A stretch of DNA of 64,000 bases, from the NCBI GenBank assembly GCA_040752695.1, contig JBFMGO010000007.1:1-64000 (forward strand), in the 5' to 3' direction. A program made the position numbers and the translations under genes. Under the pieces are notes generated by a model. That model saw only the letters and a program-made list of their open reading frames with translations. It had not been told where the DNA came from and ran no database searches. This DNA comes from a bacterium (GTDB lineage: Bacteria > SZUA-182 > DTGQ01). Positions 10,129 to 19,318 of the stretch are shown here, one piece after another (position 1 is the first letter of the stretch; each line of letters opens with the position of its first letter).

Positions 10129-10692
10129 TTAGTCAAAAGAATACCGGTATTTGGATCTGCCCTTCCGGTAAAAGCCTCCCGTAATCAGGCCGATAATCCA
10201 TCCGATAAATAAAATGCCCGCACCAACGCCTATCCAGAGGATGTCTTGATGGTCTTTGAGACGGCGGTTTTCATCTTTGAGACGCTTGAGCTCCTCGGCG
10301 CTGTTTTCAAACATTTGGGAGTATTTTTTTAACGATTGATTTTCTTCGGTAAGCTGGTCAATCAATCTGGATTGTTCAGTAGTCTTGCTGGCCAGGGAAT
10401 TGACCTGCTCAGCGAGAGGTTTGTTCTCGGTAAGGAGCGATGCCATTATCCATCCCTCTTCATCCTGGGCAGTCCGGACATGGTACCATGATCCTTCCTG
10501 TTCTATGACCGTTACGGCATCACCGGACCTCACCCGCGCAACTACCTTATAATTGTTTCCTGGCCCGCTGGTTACTTTGACCCATGTTGTCTCTGTAACA
10601 TACATAGTTGTGGCCATCCCATCGGATTGGGCCAGGAAAACTATCGAGAGAGCCAATATGCATATGAAAAACAGAGAAAAGCATTTCGACAT
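10129..10692 (-). CDS. SH3 domain protein (YgiM/TIGR04211-like) with coiled coil and C-terminal TM
   Basis: Signal peptide, SGPGNNYKVV...WYHVRT..EEGWI bacterial SH3 domain, coiled coil, TM anchor. Confidence 0.85.
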   Translation of the reverse strand: MSKCFSLFFICILALSIVFLAQSDGMATTMYVTETTWVKVTSGPGNNYKVVARVRSGDAVTVIEQEGSWYHVRTAQDEEGWIMASLLTENKPLAEQVNSLASKTTEQSRLIDQLTEENQSLKKYSQMFENSAEELKRLKDENRRLKDHQDILWIGVGAGILFIGWIIGLITGGFYRKGRSKYRYSFD

Positions 10693-11066
10693 TTCTCAAA
10701 CCTCCTTTAAGAGCTGACAGAGCGTATAAAAAAGCTATCATGTCAAAAATCTATTCTTTCGTCAAGTAGGTAGTTTTTGTATTTTTTTTCATAAATCCCT
10801 GGGCCATTGCATCGCTCTCTTAAGCGGGCGATGAGCATCGAGGGGTATTGAAGCTCTTTTGAGGCAGACAGATTTCAGGCATCTGGACGGGCGCAGGAAG
10901 AAACATGGGTCTTGACCGCAAAGAAAGGTTTTAAACGCACTGCCTGAAGCCTGAGACACCTCAAAGCAGCTTTAAAAAAAATTTGATAACCCCAGACCCA
11001 AAGGTATACAATATGAGATATTATAAATGCAGGTTGGAACTATAAAATGCAGATTGAAACGATAAG

Positions 11067-11816
11067 ATGGTGAGACAATTTAAGGTGAAAAGAGTAAGGA
11101 GAAATAAGATTATGAATACAAAGCACCGCGTAAATGCTCCCTATGCCCCCCATACCCCATCTATTCCAGCAGCACATGCAGCAACACACGGCAAACGCCA
11201 TATCCATGGCGCAGGAAAAGGCATACTCCTCATTCTGATCGCAACCGGCTTCTTCTTGATCAGTTCTTTGTCTGTCCTGGCTCAGAACTGGCAGGCGCTT
11301 CCCCCATATAACACTTTGTGGCCGCTGTGGTCACCCGCACTGTCACCTGTTGATCCCGTGACCACCATTCCCACTCCAATCGTGACCAATCTGGCCAAAA
11401 CCACCGTGCTTCCAGCTCAACCTGGCCTGACATGGGATCCTGCCTGGCCGAATCCCTGGCTTCTTTATAATACGCCATCCGGCCTGCTCTTCTATGACCC
11501 GCTTTACGGCATCAATACCTGGCCTCCAAGCTACTTGGTTGATCCGGTCAGCGGTACACCGGTACCGATCTCTTTACCGGCAGGGTATGCTGCTCTGGCC
11601 CCGACTGATGCCCTCTGGATACAAGCCCAGGTTCCTATTGCCAATCCAGTTTACCTGTCAGCCTATCCCTCGTATGCACCTCCATCTCCGTTTCCTTTCT
11701 CCACTCTCTTGCTGTCATTGGGGGCGACAACCATACCTACGGTGCCTGCTTTGCCACCGGCAGCTACGAGCCTTTTAGGGCCAGCCGCTATCCTGGGTAC
11801 TACGACGCTTATCTAG
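11067..11816 (+). CDS. Hypothetical proline-rich exported protein (start may be 11112)
   Basis: Hydrophobic signal-like segment ending SVLA-Q, then a Pro/Trp/Tyr-rich region; TTGATA-18-TACAAT promoter-like element at 10983-11012. Confidence 0.7.
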   Translation: MVRQFKVKRVRRNKIMNTKHRVNAPYAPHTPSIPAAHAATHGKRHIHGAGKGILLILIATGFFLISSLSVLAQNWQALPPYNTLWPLWSPALSPVDPVTTIPTPIVTNLAKTTVLPAQPGLTWDPAWPNPWLLYNTPSGLLFYDPLYGINTWPPSYLVDPVSGTPVPISLPAGYAALAPTDALWIQAQVPIANPVYLSAYPSYAPPSPFPFSTLLLSLGATTIPTVPALPPAATSLLGPAAILGTTTLI

Positions 11817-12135
11817 GAGCCTGGTCGGGAATGCGGAAGCTCATCTGAGCAACAGGGAGTAGTCTTCCTCGTGCAGCTTTGTGCTAAAATGGTCTTCGTA
11901 ACGATATGGGCGATATCATTGACTTGAGCAATGGTCCTGTCCACTTTTCGAGAGGAGGATTAAGGAGGATTTTTTGAGATTGATGGAAATCCCCCTGTCC
12001 CCTTTGGATCCGTGTTCTGCGAAGAAGCTCGCTGTTTCTCCTCCTGTTCGTTGTCCTCAACCCGTTGCTTCTCCTGAAGAGGACTGCTCTTGCTCCTGAA
12101 GCCTCCTGTTTTCCTGGCAGCCTGCTGCCTCTCCT

Positions 12136-14541
12136 TCAGTCTTCTTTTTCTCCCCGGCCTTTTTGTTTTTCCTCATCCAGGGCATTTTTGATTGCGGTAC
12201 GGATGAAGTCCTTCAGCATGTCGAGATTTTCTTCTCCCCAGTTTTTAATATGGACATCCAGGAACTTGGTTTTATCACCAAAATAAATAGTTCGCTGGGG
12301 GAAAGGAATTTCGATACCCTCCTCGTCGAAGCGCTTCTTTATCCTGCGGTTCATTTCCCTCCCAACCGTCCACTGCTGGATCGGCTGGGTTTTGATCCTG
12401 GCCTTGATGATCAAGGCTGAATCGGCGAACTTATCCAGGCCGATAATTTCGAATGGTTCAAGAATCATGGACTTATACGGCTCCTCCTGGGCAATTTGAT
12501 CACCGATTTCCCGCAGAACGGCAAATACCCGATCAACATCCTCCTTGTAGGCTACGCCGATATCGAACAAATAGTAGGAAAAATCGTGGGTCATATTGGA
12601 GACGGTATTGATCGTTCCATTCGGAAAGACATGCACCGTTCCATCAAGACCTCTCAGAACGGTAATCCGCAGGCTTACCTTTTCGACCAGCCCGCCGGTC
12701 CCGTTGAGAATGGCCACATCCCCTACCCGGACCTGATTCTCCGCGATCATGAAGAGTCCGGAGATGATGTCTCTCACCAGGCTCTGAGCTCCAAAGCCAA
12801 CGGCCAGGCCCGCAATCCCGGCCCCTGCCAGCAGGGGACCGATAGAAAATCCGAGTTCCTTGAGGATCATGGTTCCGGTAACTGACCAGATAAAGACCGC
12901 TGCGGTTTTATAGAGAATTCCACTGATGGTGTTCAACTGTTTTTCGATCTCGATGGGAGGAGCTTCCTCTTTCAGGATTTTCGTTTCAGCGATCCGGCCG
13001 GTCATTTTTCGAACCAGGAAGGCAACGGACTGGGTCAGGAAGATGGACCCCAGAATAAGAGCAGGAATCCGGATGAGTCCGAACAGATACTCCGAGTGGT
13101 GGCTCAGGAATTTGAAGATATTAAACCCCCAGATAGCCATGAGAATAAAAAAGGTCAGGATGATAATGGAAGAGCGGATAAGGTGGCCGGTCCAGGTAAC
13201 ATAACGGTTGACCTGCTTTTCCAGGTCAGGATAGCGTTGAACACTTTCCCTGCTCAGGGCTGAAAACTTCACAAAGAGCCTGTTCCAAAGGAACCAGACG
13301 ATAAGAGCCAGAGAGATAAACAGAAGGCTTTTGAAGGTGGCCAAGAGGGTAAACTGAGCAGCGCGGTCATAGCCCAGAAGGTCCAAGGTAAGCGTAATGG
13401 AAAACATAAGGATTAAAACCAGATAGACTTTTCCCAGTGCACGGTTATAGGCTTTTTTCATTTTAGTCATCCAGGCCGGGTCATCCTCTTTCAAGGTAAA
13501 GGAAAACCGCTTCTGGATACTTGCCCTCCATCTGGTCAAAATGATAGCCAGACAGGTTACGATTCCCACCTTGTAGGTTTTCAGAAATACAGTCGAAATC
13601 TGCTCCAGGCCGAACAGCGAGCACACCCTGACCAGAACGAAAGCCCAGAGGCTCAAAAGAAAAATCCGGTGACACCAGGCTCTGATGTAGGTAACCAGTT
13701 CACTCTCAAGGATAAACAGGCGCTCGGCGTCATCTTCGGGAGAGATGATCAACCGGCATAAGCTGCACAGAAGCCGATAGACGAACCATGCACCAAGAAC
13801 GGAGACGGCAGCCGAGACGATTACCTCCTGCTGGAACAGTGATTCCAGGAACAGCCAACTCAGGGCAAAAAGGATGGCCAGAGGATAAAATTCCAGAAAG
13901 AGGTGGAATAGCAGGGCCTTGATCCTGCCGGACAGCGACACTTTTTCCCTCTTTTGATAGGCAATCAGCCATCTTCGCGTCAATATCCGGGAAAAAAACC
14001 ATAAAAGGAGGCCGATAATGAAGGAGCCCAAAAGCTTTAACCCTATGTCGAGCAGCATGAGCAGATTATCCCGGCTGGAGAGAAAAGTCCTGAGTTCGGT
14101 ATAATCTATGGAAAGACGGGTTATCTGCTCTTTGAGTAAACCTAAAAGATGGAAAAAAATTTTTTTGACATTCTGGAATATTTGGATAAAATTGAGATGT
14201 CTCCCTTTTTTTAGGGTAGGAGCAGTGCCGGTTTTTTGGGCAAGAATCCCTTTTTTGGCAGCCAGTATGCTTTCTACCTGGCTGACCGAAGCGCTTCTTT
14301 GCTTCTCATCAGAGAGAATTTTCAAAGTATTTTCGAGGGTCGTTATTTCCTCCTGAAGCTTTTGTATTTCCTGCTTTGGCGCGGTGGATGCCAGGAGCGG
14401 CGGGGGACTTGGAAAACAGGTGAGAAAAAAAATGACAAGGAATGAAATGGCAAGGGATGAAATAACAAACGATGATTCGATAAGCAATGACTTTTTCAGG
14501 TAATAAGACTTTGTTTTCATAATGCTGTACATCTTTCTCAT
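12136..14541 (-). CDS. Large MscS-family mechanosensitive channel (YbiO-like)
   Basis: Many TMs followed by the LLAGAGIAGLAVGFGAQSLVRD...GDV...VFPNG...GIEIPFPQR MscS core. Confidence 0.92.
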   Translation of the reverse strand: MRKMYSIMKTKSYYLKKSLLIESSFVISSLAISFLVIFFLTCFPSPPPLLASTAPKQEIQKLQEEITTLENTLKILSDEKQRSASVSQVESILAAKKGILAQKTGTAPTLKKGRHLNFIQIFQNVKKIFFHLLGLLKEQITRLSIDYTELRTFLSSRDNLLMLLDIGLKLLGSFIIGLLLWFFSRILTRRWLIAYQKREKVSLSGRIKALLFHLFLEFYPLAILFALSWLFLESLFQQEVIVSAAVSVLGAWFVYRLLCSLCRLIISPEDDAERLFILESELVTYIRAWCHRIFLLSLWAFVLVRVCSLFGLEQISTVFLKTYKVGIVTCLAIILTRWRASIQKRFSFTLKEDDPAWMTKMKKAYNRALGKVYLVLILMFSITLTLDLLGYDRAAQFTLLATFKSLLFISLALIVWFLWNRLFVKFSALSRESVQRYPDLEKQVNRYVTWTGHLIRSSIIILTFFILMAIWGFNIFKFLSHHSEYLFGLIRIPALILGSIFLTQSVAFLVRKMTGRIAETKILKEEAPPIEIEKQLNTISGILYKTAAVFIWSVTGTMILKELGFSIGPLLAGAGIAGLAVGFGAQSLVRDIISGLFMIAENQVRVGDVAILNGTGGLVEKVSLRITVLRGLDGTVHVFPNGTINTVSNMTHDFSYYLFDIGVAYKEDVDRVFAVLREIGDQIAQEEPYKSMILEPFEIIGLDKFADSALIIKARIKTQPIQQWTVGREMNRRIKKRFDEEGIEIPFPQRTIYFGDKTKFLDVHIKNWGEENLDMLKDFIRTAIKNALDEEKQKGRGEKED

Positions 14542-14643
14542 CGGTTAACTTTTTGTTAAGCTCGATTCTTGTTCGGCTCGATTCTGTGTAACGAACGAAA
14601 AAATTATACCACGAAACCAGAAAACAGGGTATACTTTAACTTT

Positions 14644-15843
14644 ATGGTCAGTTTAATAAAGAACTTCAAGTGGCTGGATCTTATTGACATCTTGCTGATT
14701 ACTTTCATAGCCTACCAGTTGTACAGCCTGTTTCGTCACACTAAGGCATTTCGGATCCTGATAGGGCTGATGGGGCTGGGTGTTATCTACACCCTGGTAA
14801 AGTCCTGCGGACTCTTTTTATCAACCTGGGTCTTCCAGGTTTTCTGGCAAGTGTTGATCGTTTTGATCATCATTATCTTCCAGCCGGAAATCCGCGAAGT
14901 ATTGGAAAGGGTCAATCCGCTGAATCTGATACCGGAGAAAAAGGGTCTGGCTCATGACCCCTCCATGGTTGAGGCCGTCTGTCAGGCTGTCTTTCGCATG
15001 GCCGAAGAGAGAACCGGCGCCATCATTGTTTTCCAGCAAAAGGATGACCTGAGAAATTTGATCCTGGACGGGATTCCACTCGATGGAGAAATTAATGAGC
15101 CTATCCTGTTGAGTATCTTCCAGAAACACTCTCCCATACATGACGGGGCCATACTTATTGACGGGAATAAAATAAAGCTGGTGTCAGGCTTTTTGCCCAT
15201 GACGGAAAAAGATAACCTGCCCACCAGATACGGTTCCCGGCATCGGGCCTCTTTAGGGCTGTCCGAGCACAGCGATGCCTTTATTGTCGTTGTCTCCGAA
15301 GAGAGGGGCCATGTATCTGCCGTCCAGCACGGGCAAATCAAACGGGTGCCGGACGCCAAGACCCTCAGTTCGCTGATTGTCGAGCATCTCTCCCAAAAGA
15401 AGAAAAAGGAGAAGTTATCGCTGCAGGAGATTATCTCCCGAACCGTCATGGATAACTGGCCCAAGAAAATGGCTGCCTTTATTTCGATCTTTCTGTTCTG
15501 GGCCCTTTTGGCTGGCCAGCAGAATTACTCTCTCGATCTGATCGTTCCCATTGAGTACAAAAACATTCCTGTCAATCTGGAATTGACTTCTCCACCGACA
15601 AAGGCCAAAATATTTATCAAAGGCACCCGCAAGCTGGTTGCCTCGCTCAAGCCGGAGGATCTTCGGGTTGACTTAAACGTATCTTTAGCTCAGTGGGGAA
15701 GACGCACTTTTTATCTCTCCAAGGAGGACATCAGTCTGCCTGCCGGAATCCAACTGGAGTATATCGATCCGGCGGCAGTCCGGCTGGATTTTCGGGCCAA
15801 ACCTTCTCTGGAAGGCAGGCATCATAACGATGAAAACGAATAA
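14644..15843 (+). CDS. cdaA: Diadenylate cyclase CdaA fused to a YbbR (CdaR-like) domain
   Basis: 3 N-terminal TMs, IIFQPEIR, HDGA and GSRHRAS catalytic motifs, VVSEERG, then a TM and a VPIEYKNIP...P..V.L YbbR-like domain. Confidence 0.88.
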   Translation: MVSLIKNFKWLDLIDILLITFIAYQLYSLFRHTKAFRILIGLMGLGVIYTLVKSCGLFLSTWVFQVFWQVLIVLIIIIFQPEIREVLERVNPLNLIPEKKGLAHDPSMVEAVCQAVFRMAEERTGAIIVFQQKDDLRNLILDGIPLDGEINEPILLSIFQKHSPIHDGAILIDGNKIKLVSGFLPMTEKDNLPTRYGSRHRASLGLSEHSDAFIVVVSEERGHVSAVQHGQIKRVPDAKTLSSLIVEHLSQKKKKEKLSLQEIISRTVMDNWPKKMAAFISIFLFWALLAGQQNYSLDLIVPIEYKNIPVNLELTSPPTKAKIFIKGTRKLVASLKPEDLRVDLNVSLAQWGRRTFYLSKEDISLPAGIQLEYIDPAAVRLDFRAKPSLEGRHHNDENE

Positions 15844-16009
15844 TCGTAACGATGAAAACGAATAAAGACCGATGAGAACCTATACTCTTAAAAAAATAAC
15901 GAGAAAGGGATTGGTGCACCTTTTTTTGAGGATAGGGATCATTTACCTTCAGCAACCTTACCCTTTCGACCCTCACACGTTTCCAGTCCATTGAGGAAAG
16001 GACCAATGA

Positions 16010-19000
16010 ATGGATCAACTTACCCCCTTTGGCACGTGCCTGACTATTCATTATCACCGGTATGATGGCCGTTATGATGACTGGTATCTCTGGATGTGGC
16101 TGGAAGGACGGCCCGGAGCCTTGTTCGAATTCATGGGCCACGACGATTTTGGTGTCTTCAGCCGGCTGGATTGCCAGAAACTGGGTACTTCAGCCAGGAT
16201 AGGTATTCTGATCAAAAAAAGCAGGGACAGATGGGACAGGGGAAAAGAAGAGACCAGATTTATCGATATCGGTGGGACTGTATCCTCTGAAATCTGGCTT
16301 CTGGAGAATGATCCGAAAGTCCATTACGTGCCCCCTGAAATAAAAATCAACGTCACCGCTGCCTTTGCTGACGATCCGAGAATGATTACCGTCAATCTCT
16401 CCGCTCCGATCGTGTCGGACGAAAAAGGCGAATTGAAGGCCGTGGCGTTTTCCCTGCGTGAAAAAGAAGGTGACATCTTTCCCATCCACACGATCCGCAA
16501 TAAGAACCTCCTTGGGCAAAGTGCGTCTTTCAGTCCCCGCAAAGATGGCTACGAAATCCTGGAAAATGGAGCTGTGCACTTTATCTACGATCCTTCACAA
16601 AGGGACCCCGGAGAGCGGCTGGAAGGGCCGAGAAGCATTTTCGTTCTTGGCACCCATAGCAACTGGCAGCAGGGAGAGGGAGATCCCCGCTGGAAGATGT
16701 GGTGGAACGATAAGGAAAAATACTATGAGTTGATCATGTACGGCTTTCCGCACGATGGTTCCGTCCGGTTCAAGTTTAAAGAGACGCTCGACAATCCTGA
16801 CCATGGGTGGGTTCCCGGAATAGCCGATCCCCCCCTGACTCTCCTGGGACTTCAAACACGCAGACTGGCCATTGAACTGGCCAAGGATATGGACATCCGG
16901 TACGAGTACTTCCTGGACAATGACAAGAAGGTGATTCCCAGAAAAGTTCTGGCTGAAAATCAATACTTTTACGATGGTAACGATCTTGGAGTCACCTACA
17001 GGCCGCAGGGCACTACCTTTAAGGTCTTTGCTCCCATGGCCATGAACTTTTCGGTGGTTCTGTATCCGGATCTGTGGTCCGAACAGGGAGAGGATGTGCC
17101 GATGACCTGTGAATTGAGCGGCAGATGGATTATGCAATCCAACGGAATCTGGAGTGCGGAAGTTCCGAAAGATCTGAAGGGGCGCTACTATACCTTTCGA
17201 ATAACCTGCTATGGAAAGCAGTACGAAGTCATGGACCCATATTGCCGCTGTGCCTGCTCCCGAGTCAGGGGATGTATCCCTCCCCTTGAGAATTCTCCTC
17301 CACCCGATCGCGGGGCATTTTACACTCCACAGGCCCTTTTTTTCCGGTTTCCCTTTTCCCATGCTCAAAATATGAAGGTCATTCTTTACCGGTCCTTCGA
17401 TGCGATGGAGGGGACCGAGGTTCCCCTGAGCAGGAGCAATGATGGCCTCCTCTGGCAGGGAAGCCAGGCAGGGGATTGGAAAGATTCCCTGTATATGCTG
17501 CGGATCACTGATCAGGAAGGCAGGGAAAAGGAAATCGTTGACCCATGGGCCGAAATGATCGCCGTAGGATCTTCCCGGGGGAAAATCATCGATTTCCATG
17601 AAATCGATCAAAAGATCGGATGGGCAGAGGACCAAAGACCTCCATTCCGGCAGATTGTGCCGGAGGACGGATTGATCAAACCGGAAGATGCCGTTATTTA
17701 CGAACTTCACCTCCGGGATTTTACAATTGCAGCCAACTCAGGGATAAGGAACAAAGGGTTGTACACCGGTCTTGGCGAGGCCGGAAGCACGGGACCGAAC
17801 CAGGTTAAAACCGGCCTTGATCACCTGATGGATCTGGGAGTGACTCACGTCCAGATTATGCCCACCCAGAGCTTCACCAGCTTTGTCAGTCAGCCGCAGG
17901 ATCGGGAAAAATTCCAGCGATTTTCTCATTACAACTGGGGATACATGCCAACGCTCTTTTTCTCCCCCGAAGGAACCTATGCCAGCGACCCCACCGATGA
18001 AACCACGGTCAGGGAATTCAAGCAAATGGTCAAGGCTCTGCATCGGGCGGGCCTGAGGGTCATTATGGACGTTGTTTACAACCATTACGATGGCCGCGCC
18101 CCTTTTGATTATCTTGCGCCTTACTACTATTTCCGGATGGATGAGGAGGGAAAAACCTCCAATGGCGCCGGGACGGGGAACGAATTTAATACCACCTATC
18201 CCATGGCCAGGAAACTTTTGCTGGATTCCGTAAAGTTCTGGGTGCAGGAATATCATATCGATGGCTTTCGTTTTGATCTCATGGGCCTGATCGATATCGA
18301 AACCATGACCAGAGCGGCAGCGGAGTTGCACACCATTCACCCCACCCTTCTGATTTACGGCGAGCCCTGGGCTGCCGGCCCCTCTCCCCTTGAGGTGATC
18401 AACGAGAAGGGAAAGCAAAAAGGAAGGGGCTACGGGGTATTCAACGATCATTTTCGCAACGCCATTAAAGGCTCCCCGAACGGCCAGGACCAGTCCTTCA
18501 TCCAGGGATATTCATCCCCGGATATAGCGGGCTCCATCTGCCGCGGCCTGCGCGGGTCTATCGAGGATTTTGCCCATGACCCCGATGAAACCGTCAATTA
18601 CGTCACCTGCCATGACGACCTGGTGCTGAGGGACAAACTGGAGGTGTCCGTCAATACCGATGAGGGCACCCGCAAGAAGATGGTGAAACTGGCTGGATTG
18701 CTGACAGCGCTCGCTCAGGGGATACCGTTTTTCTATTCCGGAATGGAACTGTTTCGCACCAAGCAGCACATTGCCAATACCTATAATCAGCCAGACGCGA
18801 TCAACCGGATCGACTGGCAATGGAAAATAACCCACGCCGACATTTTTCACTATATCAAGAGTGCTATTACCCTGCGTAAGCAGCATCCGGCCTTTCGCCT
18901 GGGCAGTGCGGAAAAGATCCACAGCCGGGTGCAGGCATATTCTCCTCTCCCTGACCAGATTATCTATTCCATCGATGGAACCGGTCTGAGTGGAGAATCA

Positions 19001-19183
19001 TGGTCAAAGATTCTGGTCTTGTTCAACGGGAACAATGCCAGGGCCGCAACCTTTCTCCTCCCGGAAGGGGAATGGAGGGAGATTTGCCTGAACAGCGGAG
19101 TACCGGCAGAAGGGCAGAAATTTTCGATCTCTGTGGCCGTAGAGCCCACCAGCGGAATGGTGCTCCGCAGTGAAGGTAAATAG
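16010..19183 (+). CDS. pulA: Type I pullulanase / GH13 debranching enzyme
   Basis: N-terminal IHYHRYDGRYDDWYLWMW (CBM41/PUD), YDGNDLGVTY..TTFKVFAP, IYELHLRDF, YNWGY, MDVVYNH, DGFRFDLM, YGEPW and CHD. Confidence 0.9.
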   Translation: MDQLTPFGTCLTIHYHRYDGRYDDWYLWMWLEGRPGALFEFMGHDDFGVFSRLDCQKLGTSARIGILIKKSRDRWDRGKEETRFIDIGGTVSSEIWLLENDPKVHYVPPEIKINVTAAFADDPRMITVNLSAPIVSDEKGELKAVAFSLREKEGDIFPIHTIRNKNLLGQSASFSPRKDGYEILENGAVHFIYDPSQRDPGERLEGPRSIFVLGTHSNWQQGEGDPRWKMWWNDKEKYYELIMYGFPHDGSVRFKFKETLDNPDHGWVPGIADPPLTLLGLQTRRLAIELAKDMDIRYEYFLDNDKKVIPRKVLAENQYFYDGNDLGVTYRPQGTTFKVFAPMAMNFSVVLYPDLWSEQGEDVPMTCELSGRWIMQSNGIWSAEVPKDLKGRYYTFRITCYGKQYEVMDPYCRCACSRVRGCIPPLENSPPPDRGAFYTPQALFFRFPFSHAQNMKVILYRSFDAMEGTEVPLSRSNDGLLWQGSQAGDWKDSLYMLRITDQEGREKEIVDPWAEMIAVGSSRGKIIDFHEIDQKIGWAEDQRPPFRQIVPEDGLIKPEDAVIYELHLRDFTIAANSGIRNKGLYTGLGEAGSTGPNQVKTGLDHLMDLGVTHVQIMPTQSFTSFVSQPQDREKFQRFSHYNWGYMPTLFFSPEGTYASDPTDETTVREFKQMVKALHRAGLRVIMDVVYNHYDGRAPFDYLAPYYYFRMDEEGKTSNGAGTGNEFNTTYPMARKLLLDSVKFWVQEYHIDGFRFDLMGLIDIETMTRAAAELHTIHPTLLIYGEPWAAGPSPLEVINEKGKQKGRGYGVFNDHFRNAIKGSPNGQDQSFIQGYSSPDIAGSICRGLRGSIEDFAHDPDETVNYVTCHDDLVLRDKLEVSVNTDEGTRKKMVKLAGLLTALAQGIPFFYSGMELFRTKQHIANTYNQPDAINRIDWQWKITHADIFHYIKSAITLRKQHPAFRLGSAEKIHSRVQAYSPLPDQIIYSIDGTGLSGESWSKILVLFNGNNARAATFLLPEGEWREICLNSGVPAEGQKFSISVAVEPTSGMVLRSEGK

Positions 19184-19310
19184 CAAGCCAAAGAGCCAAA
19201 GAGTAGAGTATGGAGCACAGGCAAAAAGGATGGGAGAAGGCCAAATAGCAAGCAAAAGGCAAAGAGCAGGCCAAAGGGCAGTCAAAAGGCAAATAGCAGG
19301 CAAAGAGGAG
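19171..19310. repeat. Degenerate purine-rich intergenic repeats (AAATAGCAAGC/AAAGAGCAGGC variants)
   Basis: Recurring CAAA-x-AGCA-G units between pulA and manC. Confidence 0.5.
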
Positions 19311-19318
19311 TATGCAGC

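Noticed and set aside
16010..19183. Pullulanase as the substrate of the T2SS-like cluster, as in the Klebsiella pul system
   Set aside because: No signal peptide or lipobox, and it lies about 20 kb from the cluster.
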